Part shown: piece by piece, positions 30,180-43,068 of the stretch
How positions within the stretch are numbered: the stretch's first letter is position 1
Layout of the letters: each line of letters starts with the position of its first letter
Assembly: GCA_009914755.4 (NCBI GenBank)
Contig: CP086569.2
Coordinates: 4,576,001 to 4,640,000, forward strand
Direction of reading: 5' to 3'
Length of the DNA stretch: 64,000 bases
DNA from: the human T2T-CHM13v2.0 reference genome, Homo sapiens
Position numbers and translations under genes: made by a program
Notes under the pieces: generated by a model
The model's input: only the letters and a program-made list of their open reading frames with translations
Database searches by the model: none
Told to the model about the DNA's origin: nothing

Positions 30180-30249
30180 CACATGTATACATATGTAACA
30201 AACCTGCACATTGTGCACATGTACCCTAGAACTTAAAGTATAATAAAAA
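30180..30249 (+). mobile_element. Extremely 5'-truncated L1 insertion (~62 bp of 3'UTR plus A8) with a 12-bp target-site duplication
   Basis: cacatgtatacatatgtaacaaacctgcacattgtgcacatgtaccctagaacttaaagtataataaaaaaaa is flanked by aaagggttggag at 30168-30179 and 30250-30261. Confidence 0.7.
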
Positions 30250-30314
30250 AAAGGGTTGGAGAAAAATCGATACATGCAAATAGAATACATAAAAAAGTAG
30301 GAATCACTATTCTT

Positions 30315-30627
30315 CTTCTTTTTTTTTTTTTTTTTTTTTGAGACGGAGTTTCACTCTTGTTGCCCTAGTTGGAGTGCAGTGGCACGATCTCAGCTCACTG
30401 CAACCTCCACCTCCTGGGTTCAAGTGATTGTCCTGCCTCAGGCCTCTCAAGTAGCTGGGATTACAGGAGCCCACCACCATGCCCAACCAATTTTTTTTTG
30501 TATTTTTAGTAGAGATGGGGTTTCATCATGTTGGCCAGTTTGGTCTCGAACTCCTGACCTCAGGTAATCCACCTGCCTCAGCCTCCCAAAGTGCTGGGAT
30601 TACAGGCACAAGCTACTGCGCCCAGCC
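30315..30627 (-). mobile_element. Alu (AluS/Y-like), full length, with a 14-bp target-site duplication
   Basis: Poly-T plus reverse complement of Alu. The duplication gaatcactattctt appears at 30301-30314 and 30629-30642. Confidence 0.95.
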
Positions 30628-33231
30628 TGAATCACTATTCTTATAACAGATAAAACACAATTTAAACTAACAACAGTAAAAAAGGACAAAGAAGAGCATA
30701 CATAATGATAAAGGGTTTAATCCAACAAGAAGAATCAACTATCCTTAATATATATGCACTTAACATTGGAGCAACCAGATTCATAAAACAAGTACTTCTA
30801 GACCTACAAAAAGACCTAGACAGCCACATAACAATAGTGTGGAACTTCACCATACCACTGACAGCCTCAGACAGATCATAAAGGCAGAAAACTAACAGAG
30901 AAATTCTGGACTGAAATTCAACACTTGACCAATTGGACCTAATAGAAATCTATAGAATATTCCACTCATTTACTACAGAATGTACATTATTCTCATATGC
31001 ACATGGCGCATACTCCAATACAGACAACATGCTCAGCCATAAAGCGAGCCTTAGTAAATTCAAAAAACTTGAAGTAGTACCAACCATTGTCTTGGACCAC
31101 AGTGGAATAAAGACAAAATGCAATACAAAGAAGATCTTTCAAAACTACACAATTACATGAAAATTAAACACTTTGCTCCTGAATGACTTTTGGGTAAACA
31201 ATGAAATTGAGGCATAAACCAAAAAATTATTTGAAATAAATGAAAACAGAGACACAACATACAAAACGTCAGGGATGCAGCAAAAGGAATGTTGAGAGGA
31301 AAATGTATAGTGCTAAATGCCTACCATAGAAAAAATATCTTGAATTAATTATCTATTATCACACCTGTAGGAAGTAGAAAAACAAGAACAAACTAACTTC
31401 AAAGATAGCAGAAGAAAGGAAATAACTAAAATCAGAGCAGAACTGAACAACATTGAGACCCTAAAATCCTTACAAAGCATCAAAGGAACCAAAAGTTGAT
31501 TATTTGAAGAGATCATCAGCACCAATTGACTGCTAGTTAAATTAACAGAGAGAGGGGAAGAGACAGAGAGAGAGATAATCCAAATAAACACAATCAGAAA
31601 TGACAAAGGAAACATTACAACTGATCCCACAGCAATACAAAAGATCTTCAGAGACAGTTATGAACACTTCTATGCACACATACTACCAAATCTAGAGGAA
31701 ACAGATAAATTCTTGGAAACAAATAATCTCCCAAGATTAAATCAGAAAAAAAAATTGAAACACTGAACAGCCTACTAGGATGCTCCAAAATTGAATCAGG
31801 AATAAAGAACCTATGAATCAAAAAAGTCTTGGATCAGATGAAATCACAGCTGAATTCTACCAGATGTACAAAGAAAAGCTGGTACCAAAATAATTGAGGA
31901 AGAGGAACTCCTTTCTAACTCATTCTATGAAGCCAGCATCACTCTCATACAAAACCTGGCAAAGACACAATGAAAAATGGAAAACTATGGGACAATATCC
32001 CTGATGAACAGCAATGCAAAAATCCTCAACAAAATACTAGCAAACTGAATCCAACCATATATCAAAATGGTAATTCACCATGATCAAGCAGCCTTCATTC
32101 CTGTGATGCAAGGTTGCTTCACATACAAAAATCAATAAATGTGATTCACCAAATAAACAGAATTAAAAAATAAAAACCATATGTTCATTTTAATAGATCC
32201 AGAAAAAGCTTTCAATAAAATGCAAAATTCTCTCATGATAAGGACCCTCAAGAAACTGGATATCAAAAGAACATACCTCAAAATAATAAGAGCCATCTAT
32301 GACAAACCCACAGACATCACACTGAATGGATAAAAACAGGAAGCATTTCCCTTGAGATCCAGAACGTAGACAGTGATATCTACTCTCACCAGTCCTATTC
32401 AACAAAGTACTGGAAGTTCATGCCACAGCCATGGGGCAACAGAAAGTAAAAAAGACATCCAAATAGGAAAATAAGAAGTCAAACTATCTTTCTTCACTGA
32501 TGATATGATCTATACCTAGAAAACTCTAAAGACTCCATCAAAAACCTCCTGGAACTGATAAACAACTTTAATAAAATTTCAGGAAACAAAATCAACATAC
32601 AAAAATCAGTAGCATTTCTAAACACTAATAACATTCAAGCTGACAGCCAAATCAGGAACACAATCCCATTTAAAATAGCCACAAAAAATTAAAATATCCT
32701 AGAATACATCTAACCAAGAAGGTGACAGATCTCTACAAGGAGAACTACAAAACACTGCTGAAAGAAATAAATGATGTCAGAAACAAATGAAAAAAAAATT
32801 CTATGCCCATGGATTGAAAGAACAATATTAAAATAACCATAGTACCCAAAGCAATACATAGATTCAACTTTATTTCTATTAAAACACTAAAGTCATTTTT
32901 CACACAACTAAGAAAAACTTTCTAAAATTCATATGGAATCAGATATCAGTCCAAGTAGCCAAAGTCATCCCAAGCAAAAAGGAAAAAGCTGGAGGCATAA
33001 TATTACCAGACTTCAAATTATACTATAAGGCTACAGTAAGCAAAACAGCATGATGCTTTTACAAAAAGATACATACACTAAGGGAAGAGATTACAGGACC
33101 CAGAAATAAGGCCACACACCTACAGTCACCTGATTTTTGACAAAGTTGACAAAAATGAGCAACAGGTAAACAACTCTCTATTCAAAAAATAGTGCTGGGC
33201 CAGCTGGCTAGCCACGTGCAGAGGAATTAAA

Positions 33232-33703
33232 GTGGACCTCTACCTTTCAACATATACAAAAATTAACATAAGATGGATTAAACATTTAAATGTAAGACCT
33301 CAAATGAGAGTAATCCTAGAAGAAGACCTAGGAAACACCATTCTGGACATCAGCCTTAGGAAAGAATTTATAACTAAGTCCTCAAAAGAAATTGCAACAA
33401 AAACGAAAATTGATAAGTGGGATCCAATTAAACCAAAAAGCTTCTATACTCAAGGAAACTATCAACAGAGTAAACAGACAATCTGTAGAGTGTGAGAAAA
33501 TATTGACAAACTATGCATCTGACAAAAGTCTAATATCCAAAATCTGTAAGTCACTTAAGGAGCAAAAAACAAATAATCACATTAAAAATTGGGCAAAATG
33601 CATGAGCAGACAGTTCTCAAAAGAAGACATACTGATGGCTAAAAAGCATATGAAAATTGCTCAACATAACCAATTATTAGAGAAAGGCAAATCAAAACCA
33701 TGA
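33232..33703 (+). pseudogene. Old L1 ORF2 C-terminal remnant
   Basis: Track ORFs read WIKHLNVRPQ..., [33 protein letters not shown]... and MKIAQHNQ, all typical of L1 ORF2p. Confidence 0.7.
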
Positions 33704-35438
33704 TGAGATACCATCTCACAACAGTCAGAATAGTTATTATTAAAAGGTCAAAAAATAACAAATGTCGGCAAGGTTGCAAAGAAAAGGAAATTTATACACT
33801 GTTGGTGGGAGTATAAATCAGTTCAACAACTGTGCAAAGTAGTTTGGAGATTTCTCAAAGAAATTAAAACAATTATCATTTGACCCAGCAATTCCATTAC
33901 TGGGTATACACCCAAAAGAAAATAAGTTATTCAACCAAATAGATACATGCACTTGTATATTACTCACAGCACTATTCATAATAGCAAAGACATGAAATCA
34001 ATGTAGGTGCCCATCAATGGTGGATCAGAGAAAGAAAATATAGTACATATACACCCTGGAACACTACACAGCCATAAAAAAATGAGATCTTGTCCTTTCC
34101 AGCAACCTGGATGGAGCCGGAGGCCATCATCCTAAGCAAACTAACACAGGAACAGAAAACCAATACCACGTGTTATCACTTAAAAGTGGGAGCTAAACCA
34201 TGGGTACTCATGGACATAAGGATGGCAAAAATAGATACTGGGGGCTACTGTGGGGGGGTGTAGAGCAAGGGGGCAGGTTGAAAAGTTGAGTATTAGTAGT
34301 AGGTTGAGTACTATCCTCAGTACCTGGGTTATGGGATCAATTGTACTTCAAACCTCAGCATCATGCAATATGCCCAGGTAACAAACCTGTACACATACCC
34401 CCAAATCTAAAATAAAAGTTGAAATTATTAAGAAATGTTATTGGCTATTAGTGGCTATCATAATCTACTTGAAATTTCTAAAGTAAATCTATTTATATCA
34501 GTGACGAAAGCTTCTTCCTCTCTGATGATAAATCCATTGCAGACTGGAGTTTTAAGAAAATATTTTAGGATTATGAATATATTTATTGAGACAGAAGTAA
34601 ATTCTGAATGCATGAAAGAAGAAAACTGGATATAAAAGAACCATGAAAACTGAGGAGAATTCAACATAAAGAATGCTTATTCACAGAAAACGTGATGTTT
34701 TTCAAAATCAGCCTCTATATGGTGAATTACAAATGCCAGCAAGGCCAAAAGTCAAGCATAACTATTTTAAAGAATAGTGGTTAAACTTATCATACACATG
34801 AAATTGAAGCTTATATTCTATTACAATCTTTTAACACAATCCTCATTGTTATGAGTTTCTAAATGTCAGTTCCTCACTATAAAGATGTTAGATAACCTCT
34901 CATCTAGCCTACAGTCTAAACTCTAAACAGTCTTATACACAAGTAAAAGTTATAAGATTATTTAAAATAATAAACTTGCCATTCAACTAAAGAGAATGAT
35001 TAACTCCTTCAAAAAGTAACATCTTATATTGATACCCATAAACATTTATGAATATCTTTATGTAGTCATATACTATTTTAGAATTTTTTACAGTAAGAAA
35101 TGTATAAGGGAAATATAGTGCCTCAGGTTGTTTGAATGAATGAAGAAAATTGTCATCTATTAAAGATACAGAAATTCAGTCATCAATGTTAGAATAATTT
35201 TTTCATACATGTTTTAAGTAGCCTTTCAAAAGCCAGCAGGAAATTGAAAACTGACATCCTGAAATATCCACTTATACTGCTGCACACATATACACACATG
35301 CATATACACACATAATATGAAGTGATAAAAAAAGACACCCAAGTGTGATAATTTTCTAAAGTCAAACAATAGTAACAATAGATATATCTATAGACCGTTT
35401 AATACATGCTGAATATTGTTTTAAGCACTTCATATGTA

Positions 35439-37157
35439 CAGGTATACCTCAGAGATACTGAGTTCAGTTCCAGACCACTACAATGAAGCAAATATCACAA
35501 TAAAGCGAGTTACATGATTTTTTTGGTTTCCCCTTGCATATAAAAGTTATATTTACACTGTACTATAGTCTACTAAGAGTGAAATAGACTATTTTTTGGT
35601 CTAAAAATGTACGTGTCTAAATTTAAAATACTTTATTGCTAAAAACTGCTAATAATCATCTGAGCTTTCAGCAAATTGCAGTGTTTTTCTTGGTTGGTGT
35701 TCTGTCTCAGTGTTGATGGCTGCTGATTGAATACCATGGTGGTTGCTGAAGGTTGAGGTGCCTGAGGAAATTTTTAATAAGACAATGGTAACATTTGCCT
35801 CATTAATTGACTCTTCCTTTCATGAAAGATTTCTCTGTGGCACGTGATGCTGTTTGATAGCATTTTACCCACAGTAGAACGTTCACACTTGGAGTCAATC
35901 CTCTCAAACTCTGCCACCACTTTATCAGCCAAGTTTATGTAACATTCTAAGTCCTTTGTTGTCATTTCAAAAATGTTCCACAGCATCTTCACCAGGAGTA
36001 GATTCCACCTCAAGAAACCAATTTCTTTGCTCATCCATAAAAACCAACTCATCTGCTCAAGTTTTATCATGAGATTACAGCAATTCAGGCAAACCTTCAG
36101 TCTCCACTTCTAATCTAGTTCTCTTGGTACATCCACCACATGTGCAGTTTTTCTATTGGAAAAAGCCTTCTTTTCCAATAGAAGGCTATTTCATCTACAT
36201 TGAAAATCTGTTGTGTAGTGTAGCTACCTTCATTAATTAACACAATCTTCAGCAGCTTGCTGCAGCTTCTCCCTCAGCACTTGATGCTTCACCTTGCACT
36301 TTTATGTTATGAAGATGGCTTCATTCCTTAAATCTCATTGAAACAACCTCTGCAAAATTCAAACTTTTTTCCTGCTGCTTTCTCATCTCTCTGTCTTCAT
36401 TGAATTGAAGAGGGTTAGGGCCTTGTTGTGGATTAGGTTTCAGTTTAAGGCAATGATGTGGCTACTTTGATCTTCTATTCAGATCACTCAAACTTTCTCC
36501 ATATCAGCAATAAGTCTGCTTATTCTTCTTATCATTGGTGCGTTCAGAGTAACACTTTCAATTTCCTTCAAGAACTTTTCCTTGATATTCACAATTTGGC
36601 TAACTGGCAAAAGAGCCCTAGCTTTTGACCTATCTTAACTTTTGGCATGCCTTCTTTACTAAGCTTAAACATTTTGGACTTTTGATTTAAAGTGAAAGAG
36701 TTGAACACCTAAAGTCAATTTTGGTGTTATTAACTGGCCTAATTTGTATATTGTTATGTCCCAGGGAATAGGGAGGCCCAAGTAGAGGGAGAGAGGGTAA
36801 CACCTGGCCATTGAAACAGTCAGAACACACACAACAATTATCAATTAAGTTCACCATTATTTATGGGTGCAGTTTGTGGTGCCTCAAAGCAATTATAATA
36901 GTAACATCAAAGATTACTGATCACAGATCATCTTAATAGATATAATAATAATCGGATATAATAATACTAATAAAGTTAGAAATATCACAAGAATTACAAA
37001 AAAATGTGACATGGAGACACAAAGTGAGCACAGTTCATTTAGGAAAAATGTCACTGAAAGACTTTCTTGAGGAAGGGTTGCCACTAACTTTAAATTTGTA
37101 AATATGTATATCTGAGAAGTGCAATAAGGGGAAACACAATAAAATAAGCTACACCTG
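35439..37157 (-). mobile_element. Tigger1 internal-deletion derivative (1719 bp), non-autonomous, flanked by a TA target duplication
   Basis: Termini caggtatacctcagagatactgagttcagttccagaccact... and ...aagctacacctg, with TA at 35437-35438 and 37158-37159. Internal sequence matches Tigger1 but skips ~650 bp of the transposase (junction near ccaccacatgtgcagtttttct|attggaaaaagcc). Confidence 0.85.
35774..36070 (-). pseudogene. Tigger1 transposase C-terminal remnant
   Basis: The 98-aa ORF ...[59 protein letters not shown] matches the Tigger1 transposase C-terminus ([50 protein letters not shown]). Confidence 0.8.
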
Positions 37158-37159
37158 TA

Positions 37160-37290
37160 TTAACCCCCTTAATCCTCACAACAAAACTGTAATACTGGCA
37201 CTGTCATGATGTCCATTTTTCAACTGGGAAAAAGAGTGCAAAAAAGTGGGGCAAGATTCAAACTGGCAATCTGTTTCCTCATCCCACTTT
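37160..37290 (-). mobile_element. Possible MIR fragment
   Basis: ttaatcctcacaacaaaactgtaatactggcactgtcatg...gattcaaactggc is loosely similar to antisense MIR. Confidence 0.3.
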
Positions 37291-37299
37291 TTATATTAT

Positions 37300-40200
37300 A
37301 ATTATTTATTTTTTTATAAATTTTACTTTAGGTTCAAGATTACAGATGTTATATAGACAATTGCATGTCATGGGGATTTGGTATACAGTTTATTTCATCT
37401 CCTCAGTAATAAGGATAGTACACTATAGGTAGTTTTTCATTTCTCACCATCCTCCCACCCTCCACCCTCAAATAGGCCCTGGCGTTTATTGTTCTCTTTA
37501 TTATGTCCATGTTTAATCAATGCTTAGCTCCCACTTTAAAGTGAAAACATGCAGCATTTGGTTTTCTGTTTCTGCGTAAGTTCCTCTGTTGGTTCCTCCA
37601 GCGCCATCTGTGTTGCTGCAAATGACATAATCTGGTTATTTTTTACAGTTGTGTAGTATTTCATGATATATATGTACAACATTTTCTTTCTCCAGTCTAC
37701 CATTAATGGATTTTAGGTTGATTCCATTTCTCTGCTGTTGTGAATAGTGCTGCAATGAACATACACATGCATATGTATTTATTGTAAAACGGTTTCTATT
37801 CCTTTGGGTATATACCCAATAAAGGGATTGCTGTGTGGAATGGTAATTCTGCCTTAAGTTTTTTGAGGAATCACCAAGCTGCTTTCCACAATGGCAGAAC
37901 TAATTTAACATTCCCACCAAAAGTGCTTTTCTCTGCAGCCTCAGCAACATCTGTAATTTTTTACTTTTTAATAACAGCCATTCTGACTGTTGTGAGATGA
38001 TATCTAATTGTGGTTTTGATTTGCATTTCTCTAATGATTAGTGATGTTGAGCATTTTTTCATGTGCTTGTTGGCCATATATGTGTCTTCTTTTGAGAAGT
38101 GTCACTTTATGTACTTTGCCCTCTTTTAATTTTTTTTTATTTTTTGCTTTCTAATTTGCTTGACTTGCTTATAGAATTCTGGATATAAGGTCTTTGTCAG
38201 ATGCATAGTTTGTCAATATTTTCTCCCATCCTTTATGTGATCTGTTTACTCTGTGGATAGTTACTTTTGCTGTGAAGAAGCTGCTCTTTAATGTATTTAA
38301 GTCCCATTTGTCAATTTTTGCTTTTGTTGTGATTGCTTTAGGTGTCTTTGTATGAAATATTTGCCAGAGCCTATGTCCAGAATGGTATTTCTTAGGTTTT
38401 CATCTAGAGCTTTTTATAGTTTTAGGTTTATTTTTAAGACTTTAATCCATCTTTAGTTGATTTATGTATATAATGAAAGGAATAGGTTCATGTTCAATCT
38501 TCTGCATATAGCTAGCCAGTTATCCCAGCACTACTTATTGAGTAGGGAATCCTTTCCCCATTGCTCATTTTGGTCACTTTTGTCGAACATCAGTTAGTTG
38601 TAGCTGTGTGGTCTTATTTCTGGGTTCTCTGTGCTGGTCCATTGATCTATGTGTCTGTTTTTGTACCAGTACCATGCTGTTTTGGTTTCTGTAGCCCTGT
38701 GGTATAGCTTGAAACCAGGTAATATGTTGCCTCTAGCTTTGTTCTTTTTGCTTAGGATTGCCTTGGCACTTTGAGCTCTTTTTTTTTTTTTGTTCTATAT
38801 GAATTTTAAAATGGCTTTGTCTAACTATCTGAAAGATATCATTAGTAGTTAGAAATAAGATTGAATCTGTAAATTGTTTTTGGCAGTATGGCCATCTTAA
38901 CAATATTGATTCTTCCTGTCCATGGGTATGGAATGTTTTATCACTTGTTTTTGTCAGCTTTGATTTCTTTGAGCAGTGTTTTGTAATTCTTATAGTAAAG
39001 ATCTTTCACCTCTTGGTTAGTTATATTCCTAGGTATCTTATTATTTTTGTGGCTACTGTGAATGGGATTGTGTTCTTGATTTGGCTCTCAGCTTCAGTGT
39101 AGGTGTATAGGAATGTTACTAACTTTTGTAAATTGATTTGTATGCTGAAACCTTGCTGAAGTTCTTTATCAGATTTGGAGCTTTGGGGCAGAGACTATGG
39201 GGTTTTCTTTGTTTAATTTCCATATAATTGTATGGTTTCAAGTGATTTTCTTAGTATTTATTTCTATTTTTATTGCTCTGTAATCCAAGAGTGTGGTTGG
39301 CATGATTTTAGTGTTTTTGACTCTGCTGAGAATTCTTTATAGCTGATTCTGTGGTTGATTTTAGAATATGTGCCATATGCAGATGAGAAGAATGTATATC
39401 CTATTGGGTTGGAGGCTAAGGGTTCTATAGATGTCTGTTAGGTCTGTTTAGTCAAGTGTTGAGTTCAGGTCTCATGTATCTTTGTTAGTTTTCTGCCTAG
39501 ATGATCTGTCTAATAATCTCAGTGGAGTGTTCTCATCTTTATATTTTGTCATGATCTAAATCTCATCATAGATCTCTAAGGACTTACTTCATTAACCCAG
39601 GTGCCACTGTGTTGAGTGGCATATATTTTTAGGAAAGTTCAGTCTTCTTGTTGAATAGAACCTTTTACCCTTATGTAATGCCCTTCTTTGTCTTTTAAAA
39701 TCATTGTTGGTTTAAAGTCTGTTTTGTCTGAAATTAGAATAACAACCTCCAATTTTGGGGGAATTTTCTTGGTAGATTTTTCTACATCCCTTTACTTTGT
39801 GCCTATGCATGTCATTGGCTGTGAGATGTGTCTCTTGAAGACAGCATACAATTGGGTCTTGCTTCTTTATGCAACTTACCACTCTGTGCCTTCTAATTTG
39901 GTCATTTACCCTGTTTACATTCAAGTTTAATATTGATATGTGCACTTTTGATTCTGTCATCATCTTGTTAGCTGGTTATTATGTAGACTTGATCCCATGA
40001 TTGATTTAAAGTTTCAATGGCCTATGAACACAAGTGAATTTTTGTGGTGGCCAATAACAATCTTTCCTTTCCATATTTAGCACTCCTTTGATGACCTCTT
40101 GTAAGTCTGACGTGGTGGTAGGTTACAAATTCACATACATTTGCTTATCTGAAATGGATCTTATTTTTCCTTTGCTTATGAAACTTAGTTTGATTGAATA

Positions 40201-42706
40201 TGAAATTTTTGTTTGGAACTTGTTTTCTTTAATAGTGCTGAATATAGACCTCCAATCTCCTGTGGCTTGTAGGATTTTGTTGAAAGGTCCACTGTTAGCC
40301 TGATTGGGTTTCATTTGTAGGTGACTTGCCACTTTTCTCTATGTATCTTTAACATCTTTTCTTTCATGGTAACCTTAGAAAGTCTGATGACTATGTGTCT
40401 TAGGTGTGGTCATCTTGCATAGTGTCTTGCAAGGTTCTTCTGCGTTTCCTGAAGTTGAATGTTGGCCTCTTTAGCAAGTTTGGGCTGATTTTCAAGGATG
40501 ATATTCTCAAATTATTTTCAAGTTGCTTACTTTCCCTCACTCTCTTTCAAGGACACCAATGAATCAGATTTGGTCTCCTTATATAATCCCATATTTCTTA
40601 GAGTGTTTGTTTATCCTTCATTATTTTTTAAAATCTTTGTCTGATTGACTTATTTCAGAGAACCACTCTTTTCACTCTGAGATTCTTTACTAAGTTTGGT
40701 CAATTCTGCTGTTAATACTTGTGATTGTATCATGAAATTCTTGTAGTGAGTTTTTCACCTCTGTCCAGTTTGTTTCTTTTTAAAAATGACTATTTTATCT
40801 TTCATCACCTGTATCATTTTCATTTATTCTGAAGGTTCCATGCATTGGGATTTGAATTTCTGCTGAATCTCAATGATTTTTGTTCCTACCCATATTCTGA
40901 ACACTATTTCTGTAATTTCAGTCATTTTGGCCTTGTTAAGAACCATGGCTAAAGAAGTAGAGTAGTCATTTGCATGTTAGTAGACACTCTGACTTTTTGA
41001 GTTTCCAGAGTTCTTGTGCTGGTTGTTTCTCTTCTGTGTGGGCTGATGTTCCTTCAATCTTCGAAGTTGTTATCTTTTGGATGAGTTTCCTTTCCTTTTA
41101 TCTTCTTTGATGCCCTTGAGGGTTTGATTTTGGTATAAGGTGGACTCAGTTGACTGGCTTCATTTCTGGAAGATTTTAGGGGGGCAAGTCTCCGCTCAGC
41201 AATCCTGGGCTGTGTGCACTAACTCTGGGGGCCTGGTACCAGGCCATTGCCTTGGTTCTCTGGCCCTTCAAGGTTATGAACCTGCTTCACTAGAGAGACT
41301 GATGTGTTCTCAGTCTGCTAACCACAACATTCCAATGGGTGATGCCAGCCAAAGCACATTGTCAGGTAAGTGGCAGCAGGATTCATGCTTGCTTGTGAGT
41401 ACAGCAGCTGTGGCAGTATGACAAGATGCACACAAGTTGGCTGGGGTGGAGTACTGGTAAGAGCAGGACTGCTGCATTTCTGCATGGATTCATGCCAGTG
41501 CTGTCAGTGGCATAGAGGGGCAGGGTACTGGTAGGCATGGGGTTGCTGGTGTGTATGCTCACTGTCACACTGGTGGCAACAGTTGGGGCAGGGTGCTGGC
41601 TGATGTAAGGCTACCTCCATGCACACATTTGCAGCAACAGCAATGGTAACGTAGGGGAGTGGGGATGCTGGCCCACATCCATGTGTGTGTTTGTATCAGC
41701 AGCAGTGTCAGCACAAGAGGGAGCAGGGTTTCTGGCATCCATACATGCATTCACGCTTGCAATGGCAATGTGGCCCAATGTCTACATATCAGTGGTCGAG
41801 CACAAGGGATTTGCTCTTGCCACCAGCAGTGGCGTGACAGGGTGCATGCACACACACATGCTGGTGGGGAAAGGGAGCTGCAGTCTACCCATTCACCCAT
41901 GCCAGCAAAGCAATGAATGGTTGGCCATGGGCATGTGTGTGCCTACAAAGTGGCACAGGGGAGGCTGCAGTTGAGGGAGGATGCTGTTGGACTGGTGAAT
42001 GTCAGCAGAGGCTACTCTGTTGGAGCTCTCTGAAGGTCAGGCATAATCTGTCATTAAAGGAGCTATGATGAAGGCCGCAAGTTCACACCCAGTTTGAGCA
42101 TCTGAGGCTGCATGGCAACTGGGCATGGACAGGCTGGGGCCCTGGAGAGGCAAGCAGACATGACTGTGTTCAGATTGAATTTGCCTCATCTCATGGGCAA
42201 GACTTCCCTGCTGTGTCTGGGTCCAAAAGCCAGCCCAAGGCTAATGTCTCTTACGGGAACATGGTGAGACTTGGGGGATGCATCTCCCTGGCCATGATCA
42301 ACTGCATACGTTCCCATACCAAATGCTCTGGGCTCCACATAGGCTGAAATCTTGCCCCTAACATCCCTTTAAGCAGCTCTCTCACAGCTCAAGTGTCCAT
42401 CGGGGTTGTGGGGTCTCCTACTACCAAGATGCCAGAGGTCCGTGGTGAGAGTGGGCCACTTTTTTCCTGTTGTACTCACCCTTTCCCCAGAAATTTCTGG
42501 GGGCCAGGAACATTTCCCAGTGCTCAGTAGCCCTGTGCAGGATTCCCAGCTTCCTCCCGCTTCAACCCAGCATCTGTGTCCTCTCTCCATCCATTCTCAA
42601 TGCCTTCCCTCCGAAGGTCTACTCATGGTGTGCCAGTATTCCTGATGTCCCAATTTCTCAGTGACAGATGTTCCTTCTGGCTGTATCTAGTCAGCCATCT
42701 GGGATA
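37300..42706 (-). mobile_element. Old L1 (L1PA8-L1PB range) on the antisense strand, roughly full length with an ORF2 internal deletion; the 5' end call is uncertain
   Basis: Poly-T plus 3'UTR reverse complement from 37300, then antisense ORF2 to ~39963. Track ORF 39712-39963 reads MMTESKVHISILNLNVNRVNDQIRRHR...CLQETHL, the EN N-terminus. Antisense ORF1 lies around 40000-41040 (track ORF 40123-40332 gives PRISYSIKLSFISKGKIRSISDKQM). 5'UTR-like sequence follows, possibly ending in a diverged ...cagccatctgg (compare cggccatcttgg) at ~42700. Confidence 0.65.
41380..41990. repeat. Imperfect tandem repeats of ~60-70 bp (gcagcag...gcagggt.ctgg...catgc units) inside the putative old-L1 5'UTR region
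   Basis: Periodicity is visible by eye. The His/Cys-rich track ORFs 41659-41916 and 41681-41974 are artefacts of it. Confidence 0.45.
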
Positions 42707-42712
42707 TTCTTT

Positions 42713-42735
42713 AAAAAAAAAAAAAAAAAAAAAAA
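42713..42735 (+). repeat. Pure poly(A) run of 23 nt
   Basis: Directly visible. It sits immediately to the right of the putative 5' end of the minus-strand L1. Confidence 0.9.
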
Positions 42736-43005
42736 GACTACATTCATCCTTCAGTATTCACTGGGGATTGGTTCCTGGGCCTCCTGTGTATTCCAAAATC
42801 TAGAGATGCTTAAGTACCTTATAGAAAATGGCATAGTATTTGCATATAACCTATGCACATCTTTATGAACACTTTAAATCATCTCTTGGTTACTTATAAT
42901 ACCTAACACAATGTAAATGCTATGTAAATTGTTGTTATACTGTATTTTAATTTTAATTTTATTGTTGTATTTTTTTTTTCTTTTTTAAATATTTTTCATC
43001 TTTAG

Positions 43006-43068
43006 TTGGTTGAATCTATGAGTGTGGAACCCAAGGTTATGGAGGACTGGCTGTGGATACCTGAAGAG
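43006..43068 (+). other. Speculative exon-like segment (63 nt, open in one frame, good splice-site contexts)
   Basis: A ~45-nt polypyrimidine tract runs up to ...tttttcatctttAG|TTGGTT...CCTGAAGAG|GTaaagat. Frame 1 reads LVESMSVEPKVMEDWLWIPEE with no stop; the other two frames contain stops. Confidence 0.15.

Larger units (their letters stand above)
26898..34432 (+). mobile_element. Old L1 (L1PB/L1MA-like) of roughly full length, about 6.9 kb of L1 plus nested insertions
   Basis: The 5' end reads caagatggcac. An ORF1-like stretch lies around 28660-29050 (track ORF 28663-28851). ORF2 is degraded through 30640-33700 (track ORFs 33232-33495 and 33392-33703 carry C-terminal ORF2 motifs). The 3' end reads aacctgtacacatacccccaaatctaaaataaaagttgaaattattaag. 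Two Alus and a 70-bp L1 3' piece are nested inside. Confidence 0.8.

Noticed and set aside
41659-41974. His/Cys-rich ORFs of 85 and 97 aa as a possible metal-binding peptide
   Set aside because: They arise from reading through 60-70-bp tandem repeats rich in CA and GC within the L1 5' region. The overlapping frames and the repeat periodicity explain them.
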